This document shows, one piece after another, positions 37,470 through 50,385 of a stretch of 64,000 nt of DNA. The stretch lies in contig CM060732.1 in assembly GCA_030704615.1 (NCBI GenBank), positions 39,184,001-39,248,000 of the forward strand, read 5' to 3'. The position numbers and the translations under genes are program-made. Under the pieces are notes generated by a model. The model made no database searches. It was given only the letters and a program-made list of their open reading frames with translations, and had not been told where the DNA came from. This DNA comes from Takakia lepidozioides (Eukaryota; Plantae; Bryophyta). Each line of letters begins with the position of its first letter. The first letter of the stretch is position 1.

Positions 37470-38574
37470 TATTGCAATCTGCAGTAAGCATAATTGTTCT
37501 GTTGACAAAGAATTATGTTGTAAAATGTCTACGTTAAAACCTCCTATGATAATTGTAGGACAGAAATCAAAACAAGTAAAGGTTATAGCGGTGGTTAACA
37601 TAAGGACCTGCCATTTGTTTCACCCTTTAGGCTACAAGGGGTGTGTTTTACCCAGTCTGGGTCCCCATGATGTGAGGGCCCTCACCTGTAAAGTCATTGA
37701 GGTTATCTTGACGGCTCAACTTGAATGTAGCCTCTTCCCTCTGTCAAACAGACAGAGAGACAAAGCATGGTACAGTGGTTATTTGTCCAAGTACATTTTA
37801 CCACAGTACAAGAATCATTAACAGAAAAGTAAATTACTCAATCACTTGCCGGCCACATTTGCATTTGGAATGCTTTCTCTGTTGGTTCTGCATGGAAGGC
37901 TTGGAGAGGGCACGGTGCTTTCCTGACAGTTCCCTCACATCCATTGCTATTCAGATGTACCCTGTAGCTAGGTCTAGGTGCACATTGTCAACATGTTCCC
38001 ATCTCAGACTTTCTAAGTCATAGGTTTGCAAGTACTGGATATTGCCAAAGGTACTCCATGAAAAGTTGTCTGACGAGAGCATGAACTTACGTTGATAACA
38101 GCTTTGGATCTTGCTGTTGTTGTTCGAAGTTAGTTTTAATCTTCTCTCCTCCCCAACATTCTGTCCCTTCTGACATTCAACCTGCCTTGTTTGTCATTCT
38201 TGCCAATATTTCTACATATGAAGGCCTCGCCTTGGTTTGCCATGAGCTTTTCCACCTTGTGAGATCATGACCCTTGCCTCGTATACAAAGAACGGAGAAG
38301 ACGAGAGGAGGGAGGGAAACAAATATCGCTACTCTTAGAGCTATTCTCAACCACACATATCCATCAAACTCAGCGATGGCAACTAGTTCTAGAAGGCCGT
38401 CCTGCTGTGATGTCTAGGGTTTTTTGTTATAAGCAAAAGCGATCATAGCCTCTATCGACATTCCTTGGCAATTCTGGTCCGTGCAAAGAGCGATCACAAA
38501 AGAAGTGGCGACAAAATGCCTTCATCGAAGCTAATTACAGTGCACCATCGTCTGTCGAGTAGTAGATTCGAAGA

Positions 38575-39400
38575 GAAATGAAATGAAATGGTGCTTTATA
38601 ACGTCCGCGGAAAGCTCATAGAGCTTATGGGACAAATGGAAGGAAGAACATGAGAGAAAATAGGAAAACCAGAGTCGGAGATTGTCTAAGGGTGAATGCC
38701 TCGTGCAGGTAGGCTGCCATTTCTGATCCTCATAGTGGAAGACTTCAGTGAGAGATTGGGTTCCACGGAATAGACAATGGAATCTCCCACGGATCTCTTA
38801 GTATAGGGGGCAATAGAAGAAGAAGTGTTCTTCAGTTTCAATTTCCTGGCTGCGCCCTGTGCAAGCAGGACATAGGCGGTCCTCCCGCTGTAGGTTTTCC
38901 CATCTGCCAGTCTCTATCCGTAGGTTGTGGGAGCCCACCCTGAACCGCCCCAAAGCCCTCAGGAGAGAAGGAGATAAAGAGGCCGAAAGGTGATTGGGCC
39001 GCAAGATTCTATCATCCCGGAGAACCAAGAATGTTTCTCGATAGAAATGGAGCTTTGTTGTGAGATTGGGTAACTTCCAAGTTCTCCTGACATGTAACTC
39101 CATGAGCTCCTTTCTAATGAGTTGGTTGCGGTCATGCCTGGATGTGATTTCCACCTCTTCTGGGTTCACTGGCAAAAGTGAAGCTATAGAGAGTCCATGG
39201 CGTTCAAAAAAGGTATCCACACGGGCATACCAGGATTGTTTGAAGCCTGAATTTTTTAGTCTCATAGATGTTGTGAGGGCCCTGGCCACAAGCCCCTTGG
39301 AGGGAAGGCCTTGTAACCTATGTAGGAAGAGAGAGAAGAAGACATGAAGAGGTAGAAGTAGACTTATGAAACGGTAGGCAATCTATAACAAATTTAGTAA
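38575..39400 (-). mobile_element. 5'-truncated RTE-X/L2-like LINE 3' end
   Basis: ORF2 C-terminus RFRVGSHNLRIETGRW..REDRLCPAC..IETEEHFFFYCPLY*EIRGRFHCLF (CCHC finger with a premature stop), followed by a (CATTT)3 tail at 38575-38590. Confidence 0.85.
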
Positions 39401-39953
39401 CCATTCATACAAACGAAAATGGGTTCAGGACATATCTTGGTTACTCTGGCTACTCCAATTGAACACATTCGATCAGGAAGCTACCCATCTTTAATTGCGC
39501 TCATACATCATGTCTGTAAACCCAGAATCAGAAAAATAGCAGGAGCCCAAATCAGAGAGGCTGTGGTAGCCATGTAGACAGAAGAGTGTGACTAAGCGCT
39601 TGGGTAGACAATACTTGAATCTAACTGCACTTCCGTTCCTTCCCCAATCCCGATGCTACTTGTCTGCTGTGTAGAAAGTTTGTATTGTTTGCGAAATGAC
39701 TTGCAAGGGAAGATTATTATGGAAGGGTACAGCTCTACCTACTAGCCTTGCCGCCCAATCTCCCATCACACCCATACCCACCACCACCCATTGTTAAAGC
39801 TTACATTCTATTACAAAAGTGGAATCTTCCCTGATCCTGACTGCTACCCCAACGGGACAAGGACATCCCTACTTGCTACATCCACATGCTCACAAAATTT
39901 GGGCAAATTCCATGGTTTTTTTTTTGTTTTTTTCACCGTTGTATTTTGGCAGA

Positions 39954-40430
39954 TCAATATATGAAGCAAGGCCGTTTGTTTGTTTGTTCTGTTTTGTGGC
40001 GCTGTTAAGATCTCCCAAACCGCGGGGCCCAGCCCGGGTGCTTGGTGCGGTTGGAAAGCCCTCAATGAGGAGGGTTCAATGAGGAGGGGTGCACCAGCTT
40101 GGTCTCATGATTTTTGGACCTGCAGTGTGAGAGATGTGGAATTTCAAGTACTTTTGGTCGCTGGAAATTCACGAAAAATAGCAAAGTGGGCTTTCCTGCG
40201 GCAGTGGTTGGCCCTTCAAACAAATTTAGAATTTCGAGTACTTTTGCTGGAAATTCGCAAAAATCGTATGATTTGTTGGCTGTGTCAAGAGTTGGACAAC
40301 GACTTGGTCAAATGGCCTCAAAAACAAAAATTGTCTCTTGAATTTTATGCATTTTATGCTTCTATGTGGTTTATTCGTAACACTCTCCAATTTGCGTTTC
40401 ATGCAATATTGGGGTTACACCTGATCGGGT
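39954..40430 (+). mobile_element. Probable Helitron 5' portion
   Basis: A^TC start, then (GTTT)n and GATCTCCCAAACC..TTGGAAAGCCCTC.ATGAG..GGGGTGCACC, which I recall as a bryophyte Helitron-type repeat. The 3' CTAG end is not securely located. Confidence 0.5.
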
Positions 40431-42008
40431 TACATGCAATGGAGATCACAGATAAGTCACAGGGCGTAGGAAATGCGGGAACGTCACCAACATAGGGAAC
40501 ATAGTACAGTAAGTACTGTCATAGCTGACGGTTAGTTAGTTAGACGGTTAGATCAGCTTGCCGGGTAGATTATGCAGAATAGATACGGACTAGGTAGCTC
40601 ACTGGACTAGGTAGCCGTGGAGGCGAGACTGGCTACAGGGTGTAGCCGGACACTAGCAGTGCCGAGACGCGGCAGCGTCAAGGGAGGGCCTGGTGTCTCG
40701 CTACACCCCGTAGCCGGTCAAGCCTCCCCGTCTACCAGACATAACCGAGGTGGTGGCGGGCTACGGTGGGTGACAGGCCTGTTCAGGACAAGTTAAAGGT
40801 TGCCACGTAGGCAAAATGCCTCCAAACCTCGGTTATGGAGGGTGGTGGGGGGGGGGGAAGGGATCACTTCTTGATGGCATGGACTTGGAGTACACGGAGG
40901 AGAGTATGTGGCGGCGGAGGAGAGACGCTGAAGTGTAGCTTGATACTCGATAGTATATGCCATAGAAACATGGTTGAAGCAAGATGGCCCCGGTTTTGTC
41001 TCTCATATCCTATTCATATCCTATCCCCCCCCCCCCACCCCATTTTGTATCATAAACTTTTTGGAGCTATTTTCCCAAGCGTCTGACTTAGTACAGATTG
41101 AATTATGCTTATAGGATGAAATTCTCTCTGGCTCCTGACACGACGGTGACGCCCCTTCTCAATTCGGAGGGCTTGGTGACTCATGTTTATTTGGTGGGAT
41201 TGAGCATGCGTGCTCATGCTGCTAGCGAGCCGCGTGTGCTGTCAGAGCACTCCTTCATCATGACTGTGAGTATACCGCACGTGTCGAACGATGGGAGATC
41301 ACTTGTTGTCGTTGCGTCGTATATTTCTGATGACATACACCCTTTCGCGCAATGCTACGGCTATTCCAAAGGCAGACCGTCAGATGAGCAGATATGTATC
41401 TCCCAAACATCTACCCCATCAGTATTTTCCAACCGATATCAACGCATCCACCCCATTGGCGGTGAGCCCATTGCTCAATGGAGAAAACATTGCTGGTCCA
41501 AAATGAAGGCCAGTGCCGACCGCGGTTCAATGCTTACACCAATCACGTGATGCGTTACGCCACTACATACATTCAATACGAGATATGAATAGGTCCCCAT
41601 CCCCAGCCTTCCCGCACGCGATCCTTCCACACCCTCAGAACAGAGAAGAAGCCATTGCGCTCTTCAAGGAACAGGCATCGCAGTTGGAATCTGCTCTCCC
41701 TATCCCTCCAAGGGAGAACACTGTGGAACCTTGCGGTTTCTGGGTTTTGAAAGAGTTCGGCTTGTTTCCGGAAGGTTTTCCGGCAATGGACGACCCCACA
41801 TTCACCAATTGCTTTGCCGCGCTCCTCACAAGTGGGAACAACAAATTTAGGGATTTGCTTGCATCAGCATACGGGCGCTGGTATATGGAGCGTCAGGTAC
41901 CTCTCTCACCATGCCTTCCCCCCCTCGTCCTTGTCGTTTATATATCGTGTTCGTCCTCGTCGAAGAATTCCGTGGGTATTCAAGTGCTCCAGCATGCAAA
42001 TTTAATGG

Positions 42009-42890
42009 TTGCAGGAAGATGCCCTGGAAGACGAGAAAGCAGTAGTCAAAAGTACCACCGACGCATTGGCTGGGAAACAGATGAACACCTCCGTGGCAAA
42101 TGACGAGGTTTCGAAATTGATCCGGTACCATGCTTTTCGAGAACGCATGCAAGCGCACGACCAAAAGTTCTTTGCTGCACAGACAAAACTATTTGGATTG
42201 AGGGAGATGTATGTAAAGTCAAAATTGGAGGACTGGGATCAGAGGAGGGTCCGTGTGGAAGAACGAAAACAATGGGGTTGGTCCCCGATATGGGTCGTAC
42301 TGACCGCTCACCGCCCGGCTTGTTTGAGCACTTGCTGCTGGGATCATTTAGGGGAAAGATGCAAACATGTCATGGACGTCATGGCGGCGGCTAGGCGAGG
42401 TGCAAACACCAACGACCCGGCCACATCCCCTATGATCATCAGATTGATCCGCACCCTGTGGATGACCCAAGTGGACACGAACTTGCCTGTTTCCACCATT
42501 TTTGATAACTCGTTGACAAACATGCTTAAAACACTATCCGGATGTGTATATGGACGCAGAGTTGTCCGAGCATGTGCAACCACGCTGCTCAGTTTGGGGT
42601 CTTTCGTGTTTGGCAATATGCCAGACCCCATTCATGCCAAGTCTGAGATGGACGAAATCGTCGATGTTCTCACAAGAAACAGTCCGGCCCAACGCAAGTA
42701 TGCATCGGAGAAAATACACGCGAATGTTTCTCTCATCAGAATAAGAACAGTCGGGGACATGGCAATTGCGTTTCCCGAACACTTTCATACGATGTGGTGT
42801 GGGACCACAACAAACGGTGATGCCAGAGAAGTGGCCCTGGATCAATTTCATAAATGCCTCAAGCAGTGGGAGGATTTATGGATCGGTTAG
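42009..42890 (+). CDS. 293-codon ORF of unknown function within the transposon (probably an exon starting about 42015)
   Basis: Long open frame preceded by a TTGCAG acceptor, with a matching donor at about 41897. No motif recognised. Confidence 0.45.
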   Translation: MQEDALEDEKAVVKSTTDALAGKQMNTSVANDEVSKLIRYHAFRERMQAHDQKFFAAQTKLFGLREMYVKSKLEDWDQRRVRVEERKQWGWSPIWVVLTAHRPACLSTCCWDHLGERCKHVMDVMAAARRGANTNDPATSPMIIRLIRTLWMTQVDTNLPVSTIFDNSLTNMLKTLSGCVYGRRVVRACATTLLSLGSFVFGNMPDPIHAKSEMDEIVDVLTRNSPAQRKYASEKIHANVSLIRIRTVGDMAIAFPEHFHTMWCGTTTNGDAREVALDQFHKCLKQWEDLWIG

Positions 42891-44205
42891 ATGCCTGGTA
42901 CGCTCCGTCCACCTTTTTCTTTCCTCCATTTCCTTTTTTGGCACGATCCCCTGCTCTTCATGCGATTTACGTTCGTCATTCTCAACGTTGCACTGCCGTG
43001 CATGTGATCAATATTACACGTTCATGAATGCTTCCATACGCGAATCCACAACCCTAGCCCGGAACAGCCTGCGGGCATTGTGGAGTAATGTGTGCGAAGG
43101 GGACCATATGTCATTTAGCGTTGTACAACCTGCATATGTGGATGGGCACGACGATATGGGGCAGCGAGACGATCGCACTGTCTAGGCCGATCCACCTGCT
43201 GCAGAAGAAGAACAACCACATGCTTTTCGTGACGCACAGTACGTGACAGCGGTGGTTGAAAAGCAGCGACGTCTTACTCGCCACAATTCGAACCCCTCTC
43301 CAGCCACTGTACTCGAACACCTCCACTCCCCCACTGCAAATTCTACTGCATATGTGCATGTGGTGCGAGAAGAAGTGCGCGCGCAGGTTTTGAAGCAACC
43401 ATCCAACAGGTTGGCCAAGAAGCGATTTGACGGGGACGCTTCCCAGGGTGCGTGAAGCCTTCCAGAACTTGGGCCGCAACCGTTACCCTTCTTGAATCTT
43501 TCATTGCTCGAACAAGGCTCTCAATTGGCATTGGAGGATGCGCAAAGCATCCAGATTGAGAAGAGTCAAGGGCAAAAACCGGAACCACCATGTAGCAGGT
43601 AGTTGTTCACTCGTGACCCGACAGTGCAGTTTGTGATGTGCCAACAATTGCCGTGACGACAACCATTCACCTTGCAAACTAATCCTCTTGTCCATGTTGT
43701 ATGTCCGCAGCTTGCATATGGCCATGGAGGACGTACTGTGAGTTCAAAAACACAATCAAACCCTTTTTTTTTAGGGGGGGGGGGTATATCCACATAGGGA
43801 CGCCAACAACTTAACAGCTTTATCATGCCATGCTCTGTCAAGGGGCATGACATGTTTCAAGAATCTTCGTATTGTCAACCTCGTCCAAATTTGCGAAAAC
43901 TGGTACCCTGGTTCGCATTTTTAAAAAAAAATTCGTGTACATCTCAGATGTCAGTGTTTTTTTTCTTAATACCAGCCAAAGTTTAGAGTATTGAAATGCA
44001 AACCTTTACATACCATTTCTTGTATGGTTTCAGTAGTGTGCATGGCAGGTGGATCATGTAAGCAAGGAACATGTCTTTCATACTAATCAGGGTCTGAATT
44101 AAAAAAAGTCCGATAGTGTGTTTTTTCTTTTCCATATTAATCAATTCAATGCGTGACTGCTCCAAAACATTTAACATTCACGTAGTTCGAGTGATTTGTT
44201 TATCA

Positions 44206-45290
44206 GGAGGCGACATGGACAAGGCGGAAACCACAGCACGGATGTGTGGTTCTTCACAAAAGTGCCAGCCAAGCAGGTGCCCTTGCGCCTTGAAGACATG
44301 GATAATCTTCAAAATCCCAAGGGTTAGTGATAAGATGATAGATTTTTGGATTACATGCAAGGGCCTATCTCTTCCCCAACATGTTACGTGTACATATTTA
44401 GCTTTGTATTCGTTTACTTGGATTTCACTTCGAGAGCATTGTGCGAAGCATGGTTGCACACCTCAATCCATTAAAACGTGGAAGGAGTCTCGTTTTCGGG
44501 AGATGACAGTTTCTGGTATCCACGCTCTTATTGTACCCCGTCTTCTATGGGTAAATATTTTTTTTACCTCCAGGTTTCCAGCCTTGCATATTCATTCCTA
44601 GTCACTTTCATTTATAATGTGTACGTCTCAACATACATGAGATTCTTTTTTTTTAATCGGGCTCACATATTGCGAGTTGTTCTGTAGTTCCCACTGGAGC
44701 GTGATTATTATGGAGGCTCACATGTTCCTGCACCTGAACTCGGCCCGGAACTCATATAAGGATCAACACCTGCACCGTCATGTTGGTAAATTGTGGGCCG
44801 TATTACGCGGCATGTTTCCTTTATCGCCTGAATGGACCTGGACAACATTCAAAGCTCGGTGGTCACGGCCTCCTGTACCCCAACAACCTTCGGATTGGGA
44901 ATGTGGATACTTTTGCACCCATTACATCGACCTCTACCTCCATCAAACGTTTGTCGATCCCCGTCCAAATGGGGCGGGTCCGGTAAGACCTCTCGGATTT
45001 CTGCCGCTACAATTTTCGGCGATGTCATATCTGCTGGGGCCCTGTCTCTTAACCGTCTTTCCTTCGTGCTTGTTTGCAATGCGCAGTTCGACAAGACCTG
45101 GTTTCCCGTGGAAGACGCGATTCACAAGAGGCTGGAAATGCAACGTATGATGGACATGGAGTTGAAAGGGCAAACTCAACATGGAACGCCCAATGTCAAC
45201 AAGACTACCATGCCCTACGAGGACGACTTACCGGTGTTCCTTCTTCCCGTGCAGCTCGCACCACGCTCTTCACATTCCGTTCACATGTAA
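44206..45290 (+). pseudogene. Ulp1-like (peptidase C48) SUMO protease domain, frameshifted, TE-borne
   Basis: LEDMDNLQNPKG/SDKMIDFW, ALIVP, SHWSVIIM..LHLNS, and VPQQPSDWECGYFC (His, Gln, Cys motifs). Introns at about 44551-44687 and 44983-45085. Confidence 0.75.
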
Positions 45291-47651
45291 GTAAGCATTT
45301 CATTTCGACATAATACCATCAATCCTAATCCCAAATGGATTTGAAGGGTGTCTGACACAAAAATACGGTACCCAATAAAAAAGAGGTTGTTGGGCTGTCT
45401 CGTACACGCCTTCTGTCAATGTGACCGCGGAGGGTGGGTCGCCCAGACGAGGTCCACGCGGCCGTTGCTGGCCGGGGCGCCAACAGGGCATTCGACTCCC
45501 CGGGCGCGCCACATCTATTCAGTTACTTGGGCGGAGGGAGGGAGGAGGGGTGTTTACTATTACGAAAAGTAATACCTAGTAAGCACCCCGATCCACGTCA
45601 AATACGTGTATGCCGCACTTGCCGGCCGAACGATGGGAGGTCACTTGTGCTCCCGGAGCAGACCAAAGTTCCATGAACTGATTGAACTCACATATCTTCA
45701 CGTTCCCAAAGGATCCAAATGTTCACATCAAAGTGAATTGAAAACAAAGTACCCAATATGAGTCCACTCCGCTCCGCTTGCGCCAATCACGGATCTTCTT
45801 ATAGTCATCCCACAGATTGCTCCACCGCTTGCGGCACTGCTTAGCATCCCGATCCACACCAGAGGGCTGGGACAAACTCCCACTTTTCATCAGCTATAAC
45901 CAACTTCTTCTTGTTGGGGCCCACCCAACATTTTTAGCTTGTAAGTGGGCTCCCTGTTTCCTTCACACCAACTCTATCAAGTATCATTGCCATCACAGGT
46001 CTTTCCTCAGGTGTACCTAAACTGGACAAAAAGAGAGAAACTGAGCTATCCTCAGATAGAGAGATGAATTTCATTGGCCCTCCACCATTGAGTTGACTGT
46101 AGGCTGCGTAGCGGAGACTGTGGAATTATGGGGAAGGAATAAAAGGGACTAGGGTCAATACACTGGGATATTTTTGTGGGACAGCTATGAGTAACCTGAA
46201 AAATCTTGAAGACTAACAACCTTCTAAGCCAAGAGGCATTGGATCACTACATGTTTTTACTTGTATACTGCTACTGTTGGCTGACTGCAAAGTATGTGAG
46301 AGTATACAAAATATGAAGTCTGTATGCTTCAGCTATCAGCTTAGTTGTGTCAGCTGTCTAAGAACTACCTGAGACCGAAAATCTCTATCTAACTCTATTT
46401 GCCATTGTAAGATGCAGCGCAGTCTTACAAGTCTCTTGGCAGGGGAGTTTTGGTGTAGTTAAGTGTGTACACTTCCTACTTCAAGGATAGAATATTTAAT
46501 TATTTTGGGGTCTTGCCTTCCAGGATATTCTGTTTGTTTGGTGGATTCTTTAATCTAGCATATCTATCAATCTGGGTCAAGAAGAGAATTTGCTCAGTGA
46601 ATAACCCAGAATTGAGTCTTAGGAAAGTATGGAATTTCTGCAATCTAATCTGACGATGGTGGGCAATGTGGCAGAGACCAGCCTGGATTTTTAAAGGTGT
46701 TTAATGGAGACTGGGGAATAGAACCCTGGCAAGTTGAAGGACAGCCTTTGGGTTCAAAAGTGGTAGTGAAGCAGCAGATTTTGCCATCGCTTCAACCTCC
46801 TGCTCTCTAGGTGGCTACAACTCTCAAGCTTATTCTGTGAAAATTTGCTGTAGGCGTGTCAAGTGCAGGGTTTTCGTACTCTCTCTATCTCGCTCTTGCT
46901 CTCCATGCAACATTGGGTGCTTATACTTTGGTTTCTGCAATCTACTGTCCCATGGGCCCTCTGAACTTCCCATGGATGTAGACCAAGTTTAGGGTCTTCT
47001 CTCTTAGGTTGCTAAGGCAAACAACGTCTCATGAGTACACTCTCTTAGGTTGCAGGGAGATGCTGGGCTATCCTGGGCTATCCTTTCTAACAGGGAACTG
47101 AATGGTGGAGGTTGAAGCTGATTTCAATGGTTGCCCATTGAGTAATAGGCTCTGTAAATTCGTCAATTGTTTTACAAATGTTATCCAAAAGATGATAAGA
47201 AGCAAATTAAAGCTCACAATCATTGTAGCTCTAGCTAAGATCTCCCTTGCTAAATTGTTTCAAGCAGTCACAAATGAAGTGCTCACCAAATTTTCTACAT
47301 TAAACATGAGCAGGTGCTTCACATTTGTACCTGCCCTGTGTACAAGACCACCACCTTGAATGTACTGATATGATGGACCCTTGAAAGGATTAGAGATTTC
47401 ACCATCCCAAGTCACTGCGTTCCATAGTCCTTGCATGACACACCCTGCAACTCAGCTTGTCTGGTGAAACGTGGCAACGAAGGAGGTAGCTGGAGTGGTG
47501 AGTCTAACACTACAGTGGCATCCTAAGCACATCACTATCATGTGAGTGTGCATGGCTTCAATACTTCCTATTTTACAGTGTGGGGATGCTATACATAGTC
47601 ACAAAACCAATGTTTGTAAATACTGTGATCTCAATGGCTAGGGCCACCTTG

Positions 47652-50385
47652 CTATTGGAAACCACCCATCGCTGGTGAGGAACCCCTCTGAATGCTACAT
47701 ACAGAATAAAACTCCTGGCGCATAGACCTTACAAACCGAGAGAAGTCATTGCTTCGGTTCAATGCATCAATCAGGCTTCCACTGGCCTCCACATAGGGAT
47801 TACAGTCCACCACTGTCCACAGCACACCAGAGGGATTCTTACTAAAACGAGTCACCAAATTAGTGGAGTCCACACTGGAGCTGTACTGTGGAAATATTCA
47901 TAAACAAGCATACCTAGGCCAAAGGAAGCAGACAACACTACTGTGACAACGAAGATACAGAAGAAAACTGGATTCATATGACATTCTAGCTATTGTTGGT
48001 GCTTGACAACCATGTAATACCACACCCTGTGTTAATGGTTGCAGACAACTCAAAAGTTTCAAGAAGTAAAAGAGGTAAGAGTGTGATGAGAGCCCACTTA
48101 ACCATATGTTGGTAGCTTTGTCATGCCGAATTGAGAAGGAAAACTCCCACTCTGGGTCTCGTGGATCCACATTGGTGAAGATGAACTTAACAGCTGGGGT
48201 GAAAAGAAGGTTGACAATCAGTGAAGAGACAGGTTTTCTCAAGCCATGGCAACACAGCCTCATCAATAACTGCCAATGCCCAATGAATACCAGACATTTG
48301 AAATCTTTGCCAAGGGGCAGAACATGATGAAATTAAAGGGTACAAAAGAAATAAAACCCATACAAGATGCTATCCCCTCTCTCTCCTCTTTGTTGAGCCA
48401 CAGCCTATGAGGCTATGTACAGTTTACCTGCAGTACATTTGTCAGCAATAGTCAAAGGTAGTGCTAAAATAAAGGCTAGGCAAGAGAGACAGCAAGCTCT
48501 TCAGGAGGAAGATTTTGCTCATGGCACCTAATATTCACATGTAATCTCATTTCGCACAGTTAGCAATCGACATTGGGAACCTCTAGAGAACCCAGATGAG
48601 ACCATGTTCATAATGATCACTCGGGAGCAAAAGAAACTAGAAGAAAATCATCCATGAATGCATTGGTGCTACTGTCATTTTCCATGTTACTGGCTGAGTT
48701 TATTACACTACCGTCAGAGTACTCGCACCGCATGCTTAGGAGTTGCTTGTACCATGCAGTCGCCTCCCGCAATGCCTCCACTTTTTGCTTTCTGCGACTC
48801 AGCTTGCCTGCAATCTCTGCAAATAAGAGCATTGACATCTTCAAGAGAGTCCAACCAGAGAATTCTTGAAGTACACTTTTACAGGTGAAGTTAAGAAAGT
48901 TCCAACCAAGGGAGACAGGGACAGTAGGTGGAGACAAGGAGAAGAGAAAGAAAGAAAGTTGATGTCCACCAGAGGCCAACGGACCCAAGGGACACAGCAG
49001 AAGAGAAGAGAGCAGAAGATCTCTCTTAGTGGCTTGTAAAAATGATGCATACTCTAGACATTCAAACAAAATGCACACAAAATAAGCTGACCATCAGAGA
49101 CATACCTGACATGGCTTTGGTAACCAGTTGCTCACGCTTCTCCTTTATTTGCAAGAGATGGGCAGTTCGTTCATGCAGGTATTCTATGTTTGACTGTGCC
49201 TGGTGGATTCGGTCCTCAAATTCGCCGTGTTCTTTTTGCTGATTGTCATGCTCTGTGCCGCCCAGCCAGACAAACAGCTTATGAAGGACGAAACCAATAA
49301 TTTATACGAAAGCGTCAGGATGATGGCCTGTTGGGGCTCATCCTTTAATAAGATATAATCTTGCAATAATCAAGAAATATTTTGAACTCTCATAGCTTTT
49401 GCCACAAGGAAGTGAGGACACCTACTCTGCCCATTATAATGTAACATGTCAATTATGGTGTAGGTCATATTTCACTACTTACTGGCAGGGCATGACAACT
49501 TGGTTGGTCTTGACGTAATTCCATTAACTCCACGGAAGTAGCATGTTCAAACAAATTCATCCCACTTTTGCGTTTGGATGTCGAATGGGAAATGAGGAAT
49601 TCCTCATTGTCACACACAGTCATTCTTGGCCGTACTTGATAATCTTTTGAGCTGACTCCTTTTAGAAAGAAGGTTGCTGTTAGCATTACTATCATAGGAA
49701 ATACGATCATGGATAATTTGATGATTTCATGCCTCCAGTGGCAGTTAATCCTTGTTCCCAAGATTTCAGTACAGCATGTTTCTGTCAAAGACATCCTGAA
49801 CTAGGGCCTCCCTTTTCTCCCTCTCTTCTTTCCAACCATTATGGACCTAGCTGCAAGAGCCTCAATTTTTCCAGTATGTTTGTCTGTCTAAGAAGTGGCA
49901 GGTCTATGTCCCTTGTGTGTTGTTACATTGTACCATCGACGTCATCAAAAACAAATCCCATACCTGTCTGAATGCAGGAGTCCTCAGTCTCCAGGATTTG
50001 CAAACGTTCAAGTAGCTCGTTGGTCTTGCTGCAATCCACCACAAAATGCACCCTTACCGATTAAGTAGTGTTTTACGCAGTGATGTTTAACGTTAGTCGT
50101 ACATATAGTAAGAGTAGCAAAGTTAAATCTGCTCATGATGGATTGCGCTATCACTAGACATAGATGCACAGACGAACAGGGCAGCAACACAAGGCCAGAG
50201 TCAAGGAGAAGAACGTAAGAAGGGAAAGCACAAGAGTACCTTGAGCCGTGCATCGAATGGACGAGGCATCATATTCAGTAGCCTGAAACATTTCCTGACA
50301 CTCGGAAACGAACGCATCCAGCTGCGCACCATGTCCCCCAACTCCTTTTCAAACACCTCCTTTGGTATCATGACCCGCCCCATTT
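47652..50385 (-). CDS. SPC25: Kinetochore Ndc80-complex subunit SPC25 homologue, about 6 exons; exon 1 reading frame disturbed
   Basis: Coiled-coil exons (50028-49964 and about 49252-49106), then EALREATAWYKQLLSMRCEYSD|AVKFIFTNVDPRDPEWEFSFSIRH..|VDCNPY..LIDALNRSNDFSRFVRSMRQEF, the Spc25 RWD-domain signature. The start codon is uncertain (50385, 50370 or 50614). Confidence 0.82.

Larger units (their letters stand above)
40985..45374 (+). mobile_element. Degenerate DNA transposon (Mutator-like?) carrying a multi-exon accessory gene that ends in an Ulp1/C48 peptidase domain
   Basis: Long frameshifted ORFs at 41098-43455, Ulp1 motifs at 44200-45000, and weak inverted similarity between 40985-41025 and 45335-45374. 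No transposase seen. Confidence 0.5.

Noticed and set aside
45547-45589. Hairpin plus CTAG as the 3' end of one Helitron spanning 39954-45580
   Set aside because: The CTAG lies inside the larger stem rather than about 10 bp downstream of a GC-rich hairpin, so it cannot be tied to the 5' end.
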